Assembly (NCBI GenBank): GCA_030704615.1
Contig: CM060731.1
Span: forward strand, 29,264,001-29,328,000
Length of the DNA: 64,000 bases
DNA from: Takakia lepidozioides
Lineage: Eukaryota > Plantae > Bryophyta
Reading direction: 5' to 3'
The position numbers and the translations under genes are program-made. Under the pieces are notes generated by a model. That model was not told the DNA's origin and ran no database searches. It was given only the letters and a program-made list of their open reading frames with translations. Below are positions 47,078 to 62,500 of the stretch, in pieces (the first letter of the stretch is position 1; each line of letters opens with the position of its first letter).

Positions 47078-50000
47078 GACTATTTGACTCCTAGAACAAC
47101 TGCACCATCACTAAAGGAGTCAGAGCGACAGTCTTCCCTCAATTAGACAAGATTCATCTTACAGAAGATGCCAACTTATACTGGCACAACTTACTTGTAA
47201 CGGATAAGAAACTTCTGAGTCGAAGACGTAATGAAAATTACAGGCATTTCTAATCCCAAGCTCTAAGTACCAAGCTCTTCTTTGAAGAGTAGAATGGGAG
47301 TGGGCTGACTACTTGCAAAGAAATCACACAAGTAACGTATCATACATAACTTGTCACAGATCTTCAGTTTCTATGAAGGACATTGCTGGAAAAAGAGGGC
47401 CAAAGCATATAAAGAAAGAGGTCAAAAGCAGACCTGACGAAGCGGTTCCAGGTTTCACTCTTCATCACTCCCGAAGGATCAAGGAGCTGTGTCATTTCAT
47501 GGCTCAGCTTGAACTGCGCACTCTCAAACCGCAGGTTTCCTCCTGGAGATGTCTCCAATATGAAGCCGAAGTCAATATCCACCAACCTCCCATCCCTGCT
47601 CATACCATGCCACAATTTTCTATCAGTTCACCCACTGGTGGTTTACTTGCCCAATAAGCAGGAAAGCTGCAAACAGTGGAAATAGAGATTAACACTTGCA
47701 CAGTTTCTACCTTGCGTCTTCAGTTGTAACCCTCTGACTACGGAAAACAAGATGCTCAAGTGTCCAGTCTGCATAGCTGAGTGATTAAAATGCATAAGAC
47801 GCCAAGGATGTCATGATCAGCGCCATCCATTTCGTATGAAAACTACCCAAGTCCTACAAGGTCAGACAGCAAAACAAGCTGGCTTGCAGTCTTCTTACGG
47901 TTCAAATAGGTATCAACTTGTTTCTGGGAATGCAACATCCAAAATGGAAGTCCTTTGGATTTCTACCAAACCATCACGTTACAAACTAATGTGGCTGCTG
48001 CAAACACCAACAGAAAACATTACACCTGCTCGGTGAGAGATGGGAGAGGATTGTACTTGTCAAAGAGAAGATTGCCATTGTGACGATCCTTTGGCTGGAG
48101 TAGAAGGCTTGCCACAGCGTAGCCAGCACTGCTCACTATGAAGTAGTTGCGAGCTGCTTCAAAGTGCAGAGACCCCACAGGACCATACTCCTGTTGGAAA
48201 AGCTCATACAACCCTCCATCGGTCATCCCTCCCATTTGATTGCGACTCTGTGTGTTTGGGACAACCTGTCCAGCATACAAGCAATAGTGTTAAGTTTGAC
48301 CTAATAAGCATATTTTGAGCTGACATCTGAATGACGGCAAGTAACCGCATCCAATCTTCACGATGGCACACAAAAAGAGAGAACCAACACCATCTCATTT
48401 CCCTATCAACTTTATACAAACTTAAATATCATCGCAAAGAATGACGAATCCCTTCTTCCCTCTCTCATCTCTTGGGGCACTTCTTGGGTCAAACATTGAG
48501 GTTAACATCCTCATGGTACCAAGGAGCTTGCTTGGAAGTCTTGGAATCTGGAGGGTCTTGAGCAGGTGAGCAAACATCCCTTGCACAGCCATAGGCTTCA
48601 AGAAAACTGCTACGCACATGACAGCAAACGAATGTGCTAGGACCTGATTTGCTCTTATCATGTGGCGGATCAAATGGTAAAGATTAGAAAATTCCTAACT
48701 TCTGAACCAATCGCAAATGTGCAGTAAGCTTCTACTGCATTCTCATCCTGTCTTTTTGCTGGAGATGAGTGGGCCAAGGAATTGTCCAGAAAAGTTCCAT
48801 CAGAAAAAAGGTATTATTGCTGGGAAGGAAATAAACAGATAGCATACCTCGATGATGCCCTCGCCATAGCCAGTTGGAAGAACTCCATATGGAAAAAGAT
48901 AAGGTTCAAGGCCCACTGCTTCCCATATATTTTTCAACAGTGCTATAACCTGCAGAGCAAGCACATCCTGTCGGCAATCATCGCCCACCTGCACCATCCC
49001 ACTTCCACATTGACCCTGCTGCTATGCTCCATGTCCCATCTCCATACCCCATCTAACAATGTGCATGAGTCAGGTGAAACTCTTGATTAACATAAATGCA
49101 TTCCTCCCTACCAGTCATTTATTTTTCTTTCACACAATTTCTCAACATTGCTTACATTACAGCAAATAACTAAGCATATACCTAATGCTACTTGACAAGT
49201 ACGTTGGTATAGATGCTGTCAAACCTCCTGTGAAGACATGCATGCAGAGGAGACAAACACAAACCGACCTTGAAAATGCAGCTCTGGAGCTTGATATCAT
49301 GGGGGTCACCATCCTTGTCGACAACATCAAAAGTGATCATTATGGGCACCTTGGTGGCTGACTGTAGTGGGATACCACTGTCCAGCTCGATACCTCTGAC
49401 TAGCTTGTTGGGCGCGGTTAGGTCAGTCCCTTCCAACTCGATCTTCTCCAGTTCCCTATTGACGTTTGCAAAACCAATGTTCGTGACTTACTGGCCCTTG
49501 CGTACAACTCTTTGGAAAATAAGGTCTAGAGTTACTAAGTCAGACCTCTAGGGCTACAGCTTGTAAGCACCAGCAAAACCCAAGGAATCTAATAAAATAT
49601 GCGTTAGTGCTTCATTTACCACTTCAAATTACTTGTAATGTAATAGATGAAGACAGTAAGTTAACTTTTCCGCCTATGTATGGGCCTAAAGACAGTAACC
49701 TTTGGAGCAACAATTCATAAGAAGGTGAAGAGCATGAATATTCACCTTCGAATTCCAGCTCAACGCTCTTCCTTAGGCATGGGTTAAAGTAACCCTGAGA
49801 TGGAAGTCACTTTGTCGAAGAACCGAAACTCTCGCACAAACACAACATGGGCTTCTGGGGTGAAATTATCAATGATGCGCTGCTTCACCTTAGGGACCAG
49901 CTCATATAGCGAATTCGCCTGCAATGCCCTTCCATATGTATATTGGTACTTGGGTTTGAGCCACAAGAGCCATAAAAGCAAAGGTAGAGCAAAGGTATAA

Positions 50001-53000
50001 TGGCTATAGAGTTTGGCTATTGAGTTATGAAATCTGTTCTTGCCACACCACCTTACATACGTCACCAATGGAAGCCCTAACGGTTGAGTGTAAATGTTGA
50101 CGAGACATCTTCAAGGACCTCTAAACTACTACCAACTATGCAAGCCTTGAACCACCCACCACCTATGTGGAAAACCTGTTGTCAACATATCTCTGTAAAC
50201 TGTACAGAAACAGCTGGAAGCAAGCTTGTCACTACTTTTTGGAGTTCTGCATACATTATGTAGATACACTCTCAAGTTTGCAATTGCAAGCGATTTCTCA
50301 AGGTATCCAAGAAGGTGGATCGTTAAAAATAGTAAAGAGAAATCACTACGACACACTCCCAGCTTGAACGGTCGAAATGTACCTTGCCCACAGTAGCTTC
50401 CTTCCCTGCCTCTTCAGATGGGGGTGGCTCCTCACCCTGATAGACATATGCTGTTAGAGAAGATTAGACAACAGCTGCAGGAGATGGGTAAGCACTGATA
50501 GCCATGAACCATCCACAGACCCACACAGATTATCTGACTACATTGCCATTTTGAAAGTCAGATATGAACTTCAAGCGAGGCTGGTGGACTAATCATCATA
50601 CTCATTGACATTTTATCCATGAGAAGCCTCACTGACTTGGTTATAACTAATCTCATGTCAAATGACCAGCCATGTGAGGTGCCAAAACAAATTTGTAAGG
50701 AAATGCCTACCTGAAGCTGCCATATCAAAATGTGGGCAAAAAAATTGCTTCGTTGTGCTGCTACCATCAAGTACCCTTCCACCAACCCCTGCACCGAATC
50801 CAGCCATATCATCACAGTGCTTCGGCATAAAACTTCCAAGCACAGAAGCTGCAACATGAGTCTCGAGACCTATGCCAGTCTTTCACTACGAGATGTACAT
50901 GACAAGATGGCACACGAGTTACACTTATGAGAAAGGAGAGAAGAAAGAGGGTGCGAAGTAATTTATCACATTCAAAGGAGGCCCAGAGGGTAAATGAGAC
51001 ACAGTAGAACTAGGTTACCAAAGGGAAATCAAGACTATGTTAAAAAACCCCACTGTTTGCTAGAGATCGAGTTCCTCAAGCAGGTGAGCTGCTCAGCAGC
51101 TCACATCCTCATAACTGAGCAATCTCAAAGAGACAGGAGAGAGAATAGTGACTCACGCCTGGATCATAGCGGAGGGACTGTATGAGCTGGGGCATGAAGA
51201 ACGTGACCCTCTCAGCAGGATATGATTCCATTACACGAAGAACATAGGCCATCACAGGATGATGACCCTTATACAGCGGGGTTAGAAATTCAAGAGCTTG
51301 AGTGATGGAGCAGGGTGCCCAGTGGGGTAGCCATTGCAAAACAGCTGAATCTTTTTCCACTGCATTCAGGGTTACAAAGTATGGCAATGCCTTCGGAATT
51401 CCACTTAACTCTGCATGCATTAATGTCTGTCAACCAACCTGGACTCCTTTTTATTTCACGAAGTGACCCGCACCAAGTTTCACTAGAAATGCAGAGATTA
51501 GGTTTGTTTGCTAGTACTTGTTTGTAAGATGAATTTAAAAAGAGCAAGCTCTGATAACTACATTTTACTGCAAACTGAAGGTCTTTGAGAGTCAACAGTG
51601 CAGCCTGGTGAGTCTTGGAATCTGTAATCCTAAACCACATAGTCAAGCAAAACATGATGAGTTCAATAGGCTATGGGGATCTTGAGGACACCCAATAAGG
51701 ACTGTATTCTGGTGCCAATCCAAAATGTTACGAGCAATACCAGACACCCCTTCCTTCCAGTGGTTGAACGGAAAATCACCTACCTGCACCATAGAGGAAA
51801 CTTCTGCTTTCAGAGCAGCTGCACCAGGAAAATTTGTTACCAAGGCCAGAGCAATGCGAGGGTCCACTGCCCAAGCTACCTTCACATAATCAGCCCAACA
51901 CTCTGAGCCAGGTCGCAAGCGACGTACCTTTAACTCCCTGATAGACAAAGACATAGCCTATATCAGGGAAAGCCACTCTATGCATATGATATTGCAGACA
52001 TGGTATGCAGTTATAATTAGACCAGGATCATCAATCATTATGCTTCCAATGTTAACTGGGCAAGACTCAGATGAAAAGGTCATGCAGTTGACATAGGTTT
52101 ATGATGGTTTGGCTACCCCAGCTGCCTTCGGAGTAGATTTTCCCATGTATATGCAGAGTAAAACTCCAAACTTACAACTGAATATAAGAGAAAGATAAGA
52201 CCATATCCAAGGCAAAATACTCTCTGCAAGAAGTATATCGCAACCGATCAGAAATGAGAAAGAAATGTTTGACTTGTCATGTACTCAGCAATAGACTCTC
52301 TAAGACAGAAAGGAACCACATTCCCCAGGACTCCAATTTAGAGACAACCATCCTTGCAAGGAGCAAGTCCAGAAAATAGGAGGTTCACAGCTAGGCAAGT
52401 TAAATAGCCGGGACAAGTCCTCCACCAAAAACTTCATATGCCAGGGCCACTTGCAGTCAGGTCTGCCACTGGATGGAAATGACTCTTTGACCAGGGCAAT
52501 GCCTAGCCACAAACTCAGATATATGCAGGGTGCAATTCACCTGCATGAGGGTGGCTGGAGCAGCCAGAGGCCCAGTTTGCCTAGAGTGCTGAGATGGGGA
52601 TTCCTCTTCTCTTGTGCTCTCACGCTGGTTGAGAGCCAACTGTTGGGCAAAACTAGCCACTGCCTTTGCTTCAGCTTGTGCCATGCCCTCTGTATCTGTC
52701 TGGAACCACCCTGGCTCCACTGCAAACCACGTAAATGTAGCTCTGCCGTGCCCATGTACCAGAACAGACTCTCATTCAATACCCCAAATCTTCAAACCTG
52801 GATGCAAAAGTCACTACAGAAGAGTTTTTCCCTGCTTTACAGAACTAATCCCAAGATTTGGAACTAATGTTCTTATCATTTGCAATACAATTGCACACAA
52901 CCTCTTACACAAGAACTGTCCATTAGCTAGTGTTAACGAGATCTGTAGCACCTAAGATACAATCAAAATGTTCTTTCTACTTGACTAGAAAATCCAATCA

Positions 53001-54249
53001 TCGCCCCTCACTTGTATAGATAGGTACTGGACGGACTACAGTTCAAATTATTTAGTTGTGGCATATTGGTACACACAAGCAGGTACCTGTAAACACGGTC
53101 CTCAAGTAAGTGAACACCAGTGTTTCCAGTCTGAGAACCAGTTTGGAGGAGGCAGTTGCACAACTTCAAGCCCAACTGGAGGAGTGTAAAGAAGGCACCA
53201 GCAGCTGCTGGATGGGATGAGAAGTGGGAGTGTGACTGCACTGAGCCTTGTATCAAGCGGAGTATCAGTAGCAATTGATCACTACAGCTATGTCTCACAA
53301 CCTGCAAGTCCCCATGCATACGATATCTCCTACGTTAGGTCCTCACTGTGGATGCTGAGAGAGACAGAGAGAACTAACCTAGCTAATTCACATTCATTAA
53401 AAGCCACCATCTACAAGCGAGAGGTGATGCTTCCAGCACGTTGATTTCTTGACAATACTTGATTATCATCCATGTGGAGACAAGATCATGCACCACAGAA
53501 GGTGAAGGAAATGCTTGCATTGACTTACCATAAAGCTGTCACTCTGTCAACATTCAAGGAACCGGTTCTTTCTCCTACTTAAAAACAAGTGAAGGATGAC
53601 TGGATCAGCTGATACAGGAGGTCGCTTGATGTCTCTTTCAGAACATGAATCCACACGATTCAGGCAACCAACTTACTATTGGCTGCACTGCCACATGGTC
53701 TACATATTTGAGAAACTCAAATCACAATATAGATTCCACACGAGAGTATCCCACCTCAAAGCGGTCAAGAAAGAAGAAAAGCCATACTCGGTGTGCCGTG
53801 ATACCCTGGAGAGGATCGTGACCAGAAGAAGGTGCTGGCTCCCCAGATGTTAGTAGGGGACGGAGCTTTGCCGCAGGGCTTGAGTTATCAATGCCTGAAG
53901 CAAAAAGCCCACGACCACTGGCAACTGTCCATAACCATGCATCTACCAGCTCTGAAAGCACCAACGATCCCAACTGGGAAGCTGCTGCCAGAAGCCATGT
54001 GCACACAAACATGCCTGTGTCCATCACTCCTGGCGTAAAAATGTGAGCAGGGCACCAACACAGCAGGCGCAATAACTGTGAAGCCCCGTCTGAAAGGACC
54101 CCTTTGGACGAAGCCTATTCACACCAGAACAAGGCAACACCAAACCTTGTGTTTTAAATACTCGTGCATAAATCATCAGCTCATTTGTCTCTCATGAAAA
54201 GAACTCTCTCTCTCTCTCTTTCTCTCTTCACCGACTTATGAGTACAACG

Positions 54250-54835
54250 TCTTATGAGTACATTCTCTTCACCGACTTTGAAAATCTTGAAGCTGAGCCT
54301 AAAGCCCTGGCCTTGTTGGGGTCTAATTGCCGGGCAGCTCACACACAGCAAGTTGATGCTTCTGTGAAGGGCTGTCTAGAGGATATCTGGAAAACCCGAA
54401 CTACCAGGGCGGGGAGCCTACCTTTGAACAAAGATGCCGAGAGGAAAACCAGATTGTAATTGTCTGATGTGTGGGCAACCTGAAGACAATATCCATTTTC
54501 TGATACATCATCCGGGGTATTTTCACCAGAGAGTGACCCTCTTCAAGGGCATCAAGAAAATGGTTCTTGCACCTCTGTCCACCAATCTTGAGGCTGAGCC
54601 TAAAGCCCTGGCCCTGTTGGGATGTAACTTTTGGCTGCACACACACAGCAGATTGATGCTTGTGTGAAGGGCTTTCTAGAGGATATCTAAAAAGCCCGAA
54701 CTAATTGCTTATATCAAGGTAAGTCACACTACTGGAGTGAGTCCCTCACAAAGGTAGTGCCTATTCTCTATAATTGGGCACGGGGTCTATGGCCACAAGG
54801 CTACGGCAAACAAAGTCTTATGAGTACATTCTCTC
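54250..54835. repeat. Insertion-like block with 20-bp direct terminal repeats and an internal ~120-bp duplication
   Basis: gtcttatgagtacattctct at ~54249 and ~54815; aatcttga(a/g)gctgagcctaaagccctggcc...gaggatatct...cccgaacta at ~54283 and ~54583. Confidence 0.75.
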
Positions 54836-55413
54836 TTAAGTAGTTTTGCCTTCATCCACTTGTCTGTCCTCACGTTTTTCCATTAATCGGATGAACAGAC
54901 TGCATTACATGGAATGCTTTGACTAAAGGACGCGTATCCTGGAAACTAGGGAACTGGCTTTGAAAAGAATATTATGAGATCTTGAAGGACTGAACTGTTG
55001 TGACCATTCATGAACTGTATAACACCCGAGTCTGAGAAGTTTCCAGTAAAATATACGTACATATCTTTGCTCATTATGGAGCTCTTTATAAGGTAACGGA
55101 CTTGGAATTAAGAGCTGCATTGTGCTCTCCATAGAGAACGGAATGGTATTAATTCTGCAAATTGCACTCTCAGAATACAATGCTGCCCAGGTGTGTAGGT
55201 GTCATATCTGGTCTCTCACTCCAGACAGCAGCAGTCAGGTGAGAAGAGCGGAGGTGAAAGCATGGCTTCTCAGTCTTTCCAGACTTTAAGGTACATCTAC
55301 GGCTACTGCACTGGAGGTATATATTGTTCTGTTGACAAGAGGCATTTAGGTGCCACATGGTTGTTCTGCTATCCAGTTGCATCTAGAGGCTAGTAACAAT
55401 TTTCATGTACAGG

Positions 55414-56565
55414 TAGGGAATTCCAAAAAGGCCTTGATGTGAAATGCATTGCAATTCACTTGATCACCCCCCTAAAAGTGCGCAATTCAATTGAATTGCA
55501 AGGGCAATTCAATTGAACTGCTAAAACTACCTTGAAAACAACCCTAATTTGCAATTCAATTGAATTGTTGACTGCAATTCAATTGAATTGCGAATTGGCA
55601 GTTCAATTGAATTGTAATCTATAATTTTTAACTTATTTCTGTATATATTATATATATGTACATATTTAAATTATACATATATGCATACAAAAGTATAAGC
55701 TAAAAATACATGTTGCTCGTCTATGCTTGCTGTCCGTCTGTCAATCCTTTGCCCGTGGTAAGGCTTGAGCCCGAGATAAGCCTAAGGGAGAGAGAGAGAG
55801 AGAGAGGAAATCACGAAGCGCTTGTAAAAACGGGATTGTCCCTCTTTGTGGATGTTGGTGCCAATATATGGCTATGTATACCAAACATAATACCACTGTA
55901 GAGTATCAACGTGTAAGAGTTTGATATATTAAACTTCTATGGAACACACATCCCAACTTCAACATGATACCTTTGTAAGGGTATAGAAACAATATAATTT
56001 TTAATAATTCTCAAGATGAACATATCATTTGTTTTCTTTGTCATGGGCCAGATACTAGTGTTAGGGGACTACATGATGATGCAAGGGAAACCTTTCATCA
56101 ATTGTCAGGTTGATTTTGTCTGTTTCTTTCAGAGCCAGCCATGTTTCTTTTGCCAGTGAATCACATGAAGCTGCTGATCTCTCTCCCTCTCTGGCTCTCC
56201 CTTTCTCGCTGAGGGGCTTCACAACTCCACAATTTCCTCAAGGGCACAAGAAAGAGGGGCAGCAAGAATAGTCGGGCAACATGTATTTTTAGCTTATACT
56301 CTTATATGTGTATAAGTAGAATTTGAATATATACATATACATATATATTATATATTATATACAGAAATAAGTTAAAAATTATAGATTACAATTCAATTGA
56401 ATTGCAGTCAACAATTCAATTGAATTGCAAATTAGGGTTGTTTTCAAGCTACTTTTAGCAGTTCAATTGAATTGCCCTTGCATTTCAATTGAATTGCATA
56501 CTTTTAGGGGGGTGATCAAGTGAATTGCGATGCATTTCACATCAAGGCCTTTTCGGAATTCCCTA
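55414..56565. mobile_element. Non-autonomous DNA transposon with ~300-bp TIRs and a 6-bp TSD, within the PI4K locus
   Basis: TAGGGAATTCCaaaaaggccttgatgtgaaatgca... at left and ...tgcatttcacatcaaggccttttcGGAATTCCCTA at right. TACAGG lies at 55408-55413 and 56566-56571. Repeated TTCAATTGAA palindromes in both TIRs. Confidence 0.92.
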
Positions 56566-59500
56566 TACAGGGACAGCAATCAGCTGTAATCAGCCTCGGA
56601 CTGTGGGGGTGCAAATCTATATATAGACTAAGCAATCTGAAACACAGATCATATGCTTGATAACTACAGAGATCTAACTACGACCTCCTTTAGCCTGATA
56701 AAAACTACCTTCTGATAAGCTCTCACTCATAATTGAGTGTGGCAAGGTGAACATTACTACTGAACTAACATGGATATTTGTCGAGGGACTCATTAATGTC
56801 ATATATTGAGCTAGGCTCTGTAAAAGTAACAAATAGACATCAGTGTATACAACTTCTACATGATCTGGTCAATGCACACTATTCACTTGGTTTGGTCTAC
56901 TGTAGCCTATGCCTTCTGTCAAAAACTGGGAACCCAAAAAAGGCTTGAGGTTTCTGAGTACTAAACCCCCCACCCACTTGCTACTTGTCCTACAATGCTT
57001 TCAGTTATGGTTACTGATGACATAGATAACAATTTAAGCCTGGTACTCCATAGCTCGACACTAACTACGGTTGTGTGTGCATGACTATGATGGGACTGGG
57101 CTTCACTTTCTTTAGATGGTAAACATATAAGGAAAGCAAAGCACAAACTGAGGGCTGATGTTGCTGTCTCGTCTATGATAACTAAGAGCTATCACTGGCA
57201 CTCAATGCGGCTTTATGATGGAGTGCGTATCTTCTTGTACTGTGGATATGTAGTGTGATAGTCTATGGCTACCGCAGGTTGCAAGAGACTGAATTGTCTT
57301 GTATTACGAAGTATGGCAAACTTCCACTACTTCATGCATGATGTCATAAATTTCCAGGAACTAGATCTAAATGATCTAGGACCTAACAAGTCTTGACATG
57401 ACTAAACAAAAAAATCTCTCTCTGAACAAAAGGAAGTTAGGCATAAAACTTCCCTGAACTTGTTTCCAGTCTGTGAAAGTAAGGCCCTGGGGATTTTGGA
57501 CCCAGTTGGAAGGCTGTTTCAGACAAGAAGAAGAAGCAATATACTAGGAGAGCATGATCATCGACCACTCCCTACACACGTCGGTATGAACTACCCTGAA
57601 GGAAACCTAGTGTTCACATACTAACCCTCAATATGGAACCCTATTCTTCTTGAAACATTGAAATTGAACAAGAAACAGTTGACAGCTGGGGTACTACGCA
57701 TCCTTCTTGCACGCACACACACATACTTGTGGAAATCTATTCCTGAGCTGGCTGAGCAGACTGTCGGCAATTTCACGGATAGTCTCATCACGATGCAGCT
57801 CAAGCTTGATAAGAAAACAGGTGTGCACAGTCAGCACTCTCTCCTTCTCCTTCTCCTCCACCTCTTCACCTTTCGATGAGGCCTTCCTTCCCTGCCAATA
57901 TATTTGACTCGTTACGAACATGAGTCACTTTGACATTATGACCCAGGATCTGCAGTAGATTTTAAAACTTGATAAAAGCATCGTACCAATAACGTTTTTT
58001 GTCAGGAGCTAGCAGGAGGACTTCAGTTGTATGGACAACACATTTTCTGGATACAAGAACAACTCCTACAGGTATCAGCTGACTCAGGCCCAAAGAAAAT
58101 ACACCATAGCCTCCATGACAGGTCACTGGCCAGTGAGACATCTTGTTGATGAAGAACCAACTTATCAGCGGCTTCCTTAAGACAAGTGATTGTGAAATGA
58201 GTAAGAAGTACCAGCCATGTTAGAGCAGCATCAAAAGCACAGTGGACAATCGCAGTGAGACATTGATGCACAACAGGCATCAGATTCGGGGTCTCCAAGT
58301 ACTCCAGCACGCAAGCTAGTGCACTTGCATCCTCTCCCTCCGAACATTTGCCTTTGAGAACACCTCCATCATGACTGAGACGTAAAATCTCCAGACATGC
58401 AACTGCTAAGAGGTATGTTGCCTTCACACCTGATGTATAACCACTAGCAAAACTGAGAGTTGCAACAAAGATCACGATTCAAAATCTTCAATAGTAACTG
58501 CCAACTCCAAAAGATCGAGCACTTGTTTGGAAAACCTTCAACTTCACATCTAAGATATGACATCCAAGCGTCACGTTCTTCCCATCTCAAATTACTGTGT
58601 ACCTTAATTCTGCCGAGCAGACTCAAAAGTAGCAGCAACCACAACTTCAATCACAAACCACTACGAAAGTGATGACATACTTATTTTGATTATGAATCAA
58701 TTAGCCTTTCTTAGGGACTCAAACCTCCTTTCCAGCCCTGATCATCCCTTCCTCAAGGGAGTTTGTCTAATTTACGTTGCTCTCACTGTGTGTGCAGACC
58801 TAATGCAAAAGAAACCACACGTTCCAAGCAAGGTGGCAGGCCAGGTGAACAACGATCTGATAAATTGGCCTCAAAGAAACATAATGGATCTTTGATGTGA
58901 TCTGGTTCACTGTAAGGTTTGCTGAACAAGTCCATATCCAACACATTCTGGTGCAAGCTGAAGGCTGGAGGGACACATTTTCCATACAAACCAAGCAGAG
59001 CAACATCCTCCATCTTTGCGAGGAGTGGGACCTGAAATAGTGCTCATTGATGCAACATCAACTCGACCACCCAGCACAGCAGACAGGGTAGTGCGTCGGG
59101 CAACAGCTACTTTCTCATTGCTGCTTCCTTTGTGACTGCCTGGATTATGCAGTTCATTCAGCTCCAGCTCATCTTCCAACCATTTTACTGAGTTCACAAC
59201 CTAAAGATACCCAAGACCAATATATACAGCTCCGTTAATCGAAATGTGCACATGTAGGTTAAGATGTTCTTGCAGTTGGTTCCCAGTCTCTTCTATCTAA
59301 GAATAGAGAGCTAATCAGAATCACATGTACAAGTCACCAATTTGTTGGTGAGATACCATATAAGGGACTTGACTAAATAGCTGTCACTCTCATTGAAGTT
59401 CCTCCCAATTGCCTCGAATGGCTGAAATGACACTAGACTCAAATGTTCATCTATCATAAAAGCAGGTCTTCTACTCAGAATGTGAAATAGGACAGGACAA

Positions 59501-62500
59501 TCACTGTTCCAACTAACGGTTTATGCATGTGCAAAAACTAAATCAATACATTAGGTGTCAAGGAAACAGAGATGCCAAGTAGACTCACCAAAGGAGGGGT
59601 GGCTTTTGCCAGAGAGCGCACAGCTGCAAACCATTCAGGATTCCACACATAACAGTTAGCCCCTGATAGTATAGCACTTGTGCCTCCCAAGCTGCCTGTG
59701 TTTGTAGAGGACCTTGGAATGAGATGCACTTTCTGAAGAGGAGGAGCTAGGCCAAATAGTACAATATAAAACCACAGATTGCGGAACAACTTTGACATTG
59801 ACAACTCCATCAACATATTTCTGCCACAGCTGGAAGAAGGAGCCCGACCAAATCAGCCCCAACCCTGCCATTCAATAATCAGCTGATAAGTATAACTCTG
59901 CAACCGGCAGGTCTTATTTATATAATAAATCTCATGTGCAGACCCCAATATAAAATAGTACCTGACGTAGGAACCTAGGAGGTTAGCCAACAAAATGATG
60001 GGGATATCTGTCCACTATCTTGTCCTAAGAATATTCAGACAATCATTGCACATTGCAAACGTAAGTTTAAGAACAGGTAGCAGAGGGTTCCAGACCTCCC
60101 ACTCTTAGCCTCAGCAATCAAACCCACATCAGAGAACAACACAAGCAGCCGCTGCCGATAGTCAGAACGCAGCTTTGCTTCTTTTAGCCCTTGTGCAATA
60201 TGCAGGAAAGCCATGGGTAATGTCTGCAAAAGACCAGGACATATCTCTTGTTAAATGCTGCTCCGGGTAAGGTGGAACTTCTGTCTCTCAGTCGTCAAAA
60301 CGAAGATTACAAAATATTGGACTAAAGCTCCACCGGGACTGAACCCATGTAACATACCAATTTGTTCATTCTGTCAGTGCAGTGGCGCTGAAAGAGCAGG
60401 TAGAGTAAACGGAGCACACAAAAGGAGAGGTTGAAGAGAGAAGGGAAAACCTCCAAACGCTAAGCTTTGGCTTCAGGGGGTAAAGTGCGGCCGTGATTGG
60501 AGCCAACGGTGGAGAGCTTGTTCATATAGCTACGAGTAAGCAGCACCACAGCCTCCCTGTATGACTTTTCATAACCCAAGCATGCCATGCGTGCCACTGC
60601 ATCCAGAACCTGCCACATTGTTCTGTATGGTGCCTTCTGTTCAAGTATATTATTGACAGGCTATGTATCAAGACTGTACATAACTGGATCACAAATGTGC
60701 CGCACTGTTTCCAAGGAGCACGCAGTTTGAAGTGATAGGTCAGCATATATAGGAAGCCCCACAATGAGATGAGACAAATCAAAAAGGTGGCCCACCCTGA
60801 GTCGCACAAGACTGGGAACAGACGCATCACCCTCTTCCAAGCTCACAATGAAGAAAGGTAGTATCATGTCAACAACCTCTGCTTTGTTGAGAATCACTGC
60901 CACATCAGCCAGTAAGGGTATCACATTCAGCCGAGTAACTGTTGTCATTGAGCTCTTCTCTTTCTCCTGTCCCATCATTCCAGTCCCGCAAAATTCAGTG
61001 TACTTGATCAAGCTGCACCATGAGAATTTTCTATGATACACAACCAGACGACAGTCTCCCCAGACAACATAGGCACTTTCCATCAGACCTGATGTGCTCT
61101 GAAATAGCCAGCCAGGCGCTACATCCAACATAAGATTGGGGACCACAACCAAGCAACCAAGGCCCGAAAAGTAAGTCATCTTGGCAAACTTAACAGAGCC
61201 CTGCAGGGGAGGCCATTTTACTGCAGCCCCTCGTACCTGTTCCAAGCGTTCTCGATTGTAAGCAGCCAAAGACAGGAGAAAGGACTCCACAGCTGCTCTA
61301 TCTGAAGTCCAGCCAGCTTCAATCAACATGCATATGGTTCTTACCGCACTCTCAAAGATAACTCCCTGGCTTGTTCCCCAGGTAGCCGCCTGCAAATTAG
61401 TTGAGTACTCATCACATCAGTCCTACTCTCCACCAAGCAAACCTACTCCACCTTTTTCACCTGACATCAAAAAAGAGCGACAAACCAATGCCAACCTTCC
61501 AAAGAAGACATCAAATTGATGCTTTTCTTAATTATCAGATGTGCATTGAAGAAGACAGGCTTTGCATCACGACCGTTCCAAGCCTTACTTGAGCACAAGC
61601 AGCCAAGACAATCGTTCTGACCGTAGAAGAAGAAATTTCAGTATCTGGCTTCCTTGCAACGCACCGACTTGTGCCACACCTGAAAGGAGGGTTCCAAATA
61701 GAGCTCGGCATGATTTCAGCCTTCGCCAAGGTGATGCAATGCACACATCTGCCGTGTCCATCAGCAGCAAAAGAGACTCTCGAACAGGGGTCTTTGGTAA
61801 CCTGACAAACTGGGTAGCCAGGAGGCAATCCATCTGACCCCGACATCAACAACAACTTGGTTTGCACAATAGCTGCTGCTTGAGAAGCTCGCACCTCCAT
61901 ATTTATTTTTGATAGGACTGGCATGCCATCCAAAGGCCAGTTTTGTTTATACATCTATTGAAGGATCCATAAAGAACACAAATTTATCAGTGTGCACTTC
62001 AAATCAGACAATATTGCAGCAACCATCTTCTGCATTATCCAGAAAGGCCCCCCAGCAACACAACACTGGCATGAAATGCAGAATTAATTAGAGCCGACAT
62101 CGCAAGCCTCCTGCACTGGCCAAAGGAGTGACCAAGACTGCAAGCATACACTCTGGAAAGGAAACAGAAGTGCATCTAGCTCTCAAATGCCTCAGTAGAT
62201 GAAGAAGGGATTTCAGTTGCCGGACTGCCGCAACGGAGATACAAGCTGCTCAATATCTGTTGCTTTCTGCCCAAATAATTGGAAGGCAAGTTCCTTCCTT
62301 TCTAATACCTCTAGTGGCGCTGCTTCCCATGTATCTTGAAGCTGCCCCCATCCATTGCTCCCTCCACTCCATTGATCAAGACCGCATTGCTTCCATGTGT
62401 GGTTCCAACATTGTGCTGAAGGCTTCCATCATGGTTTGGGCTTTGTTTGGGAGGGGTAGAGTCAGGGGTAAAGAAAGACTCAACGCGAGAATTAGGGCTT

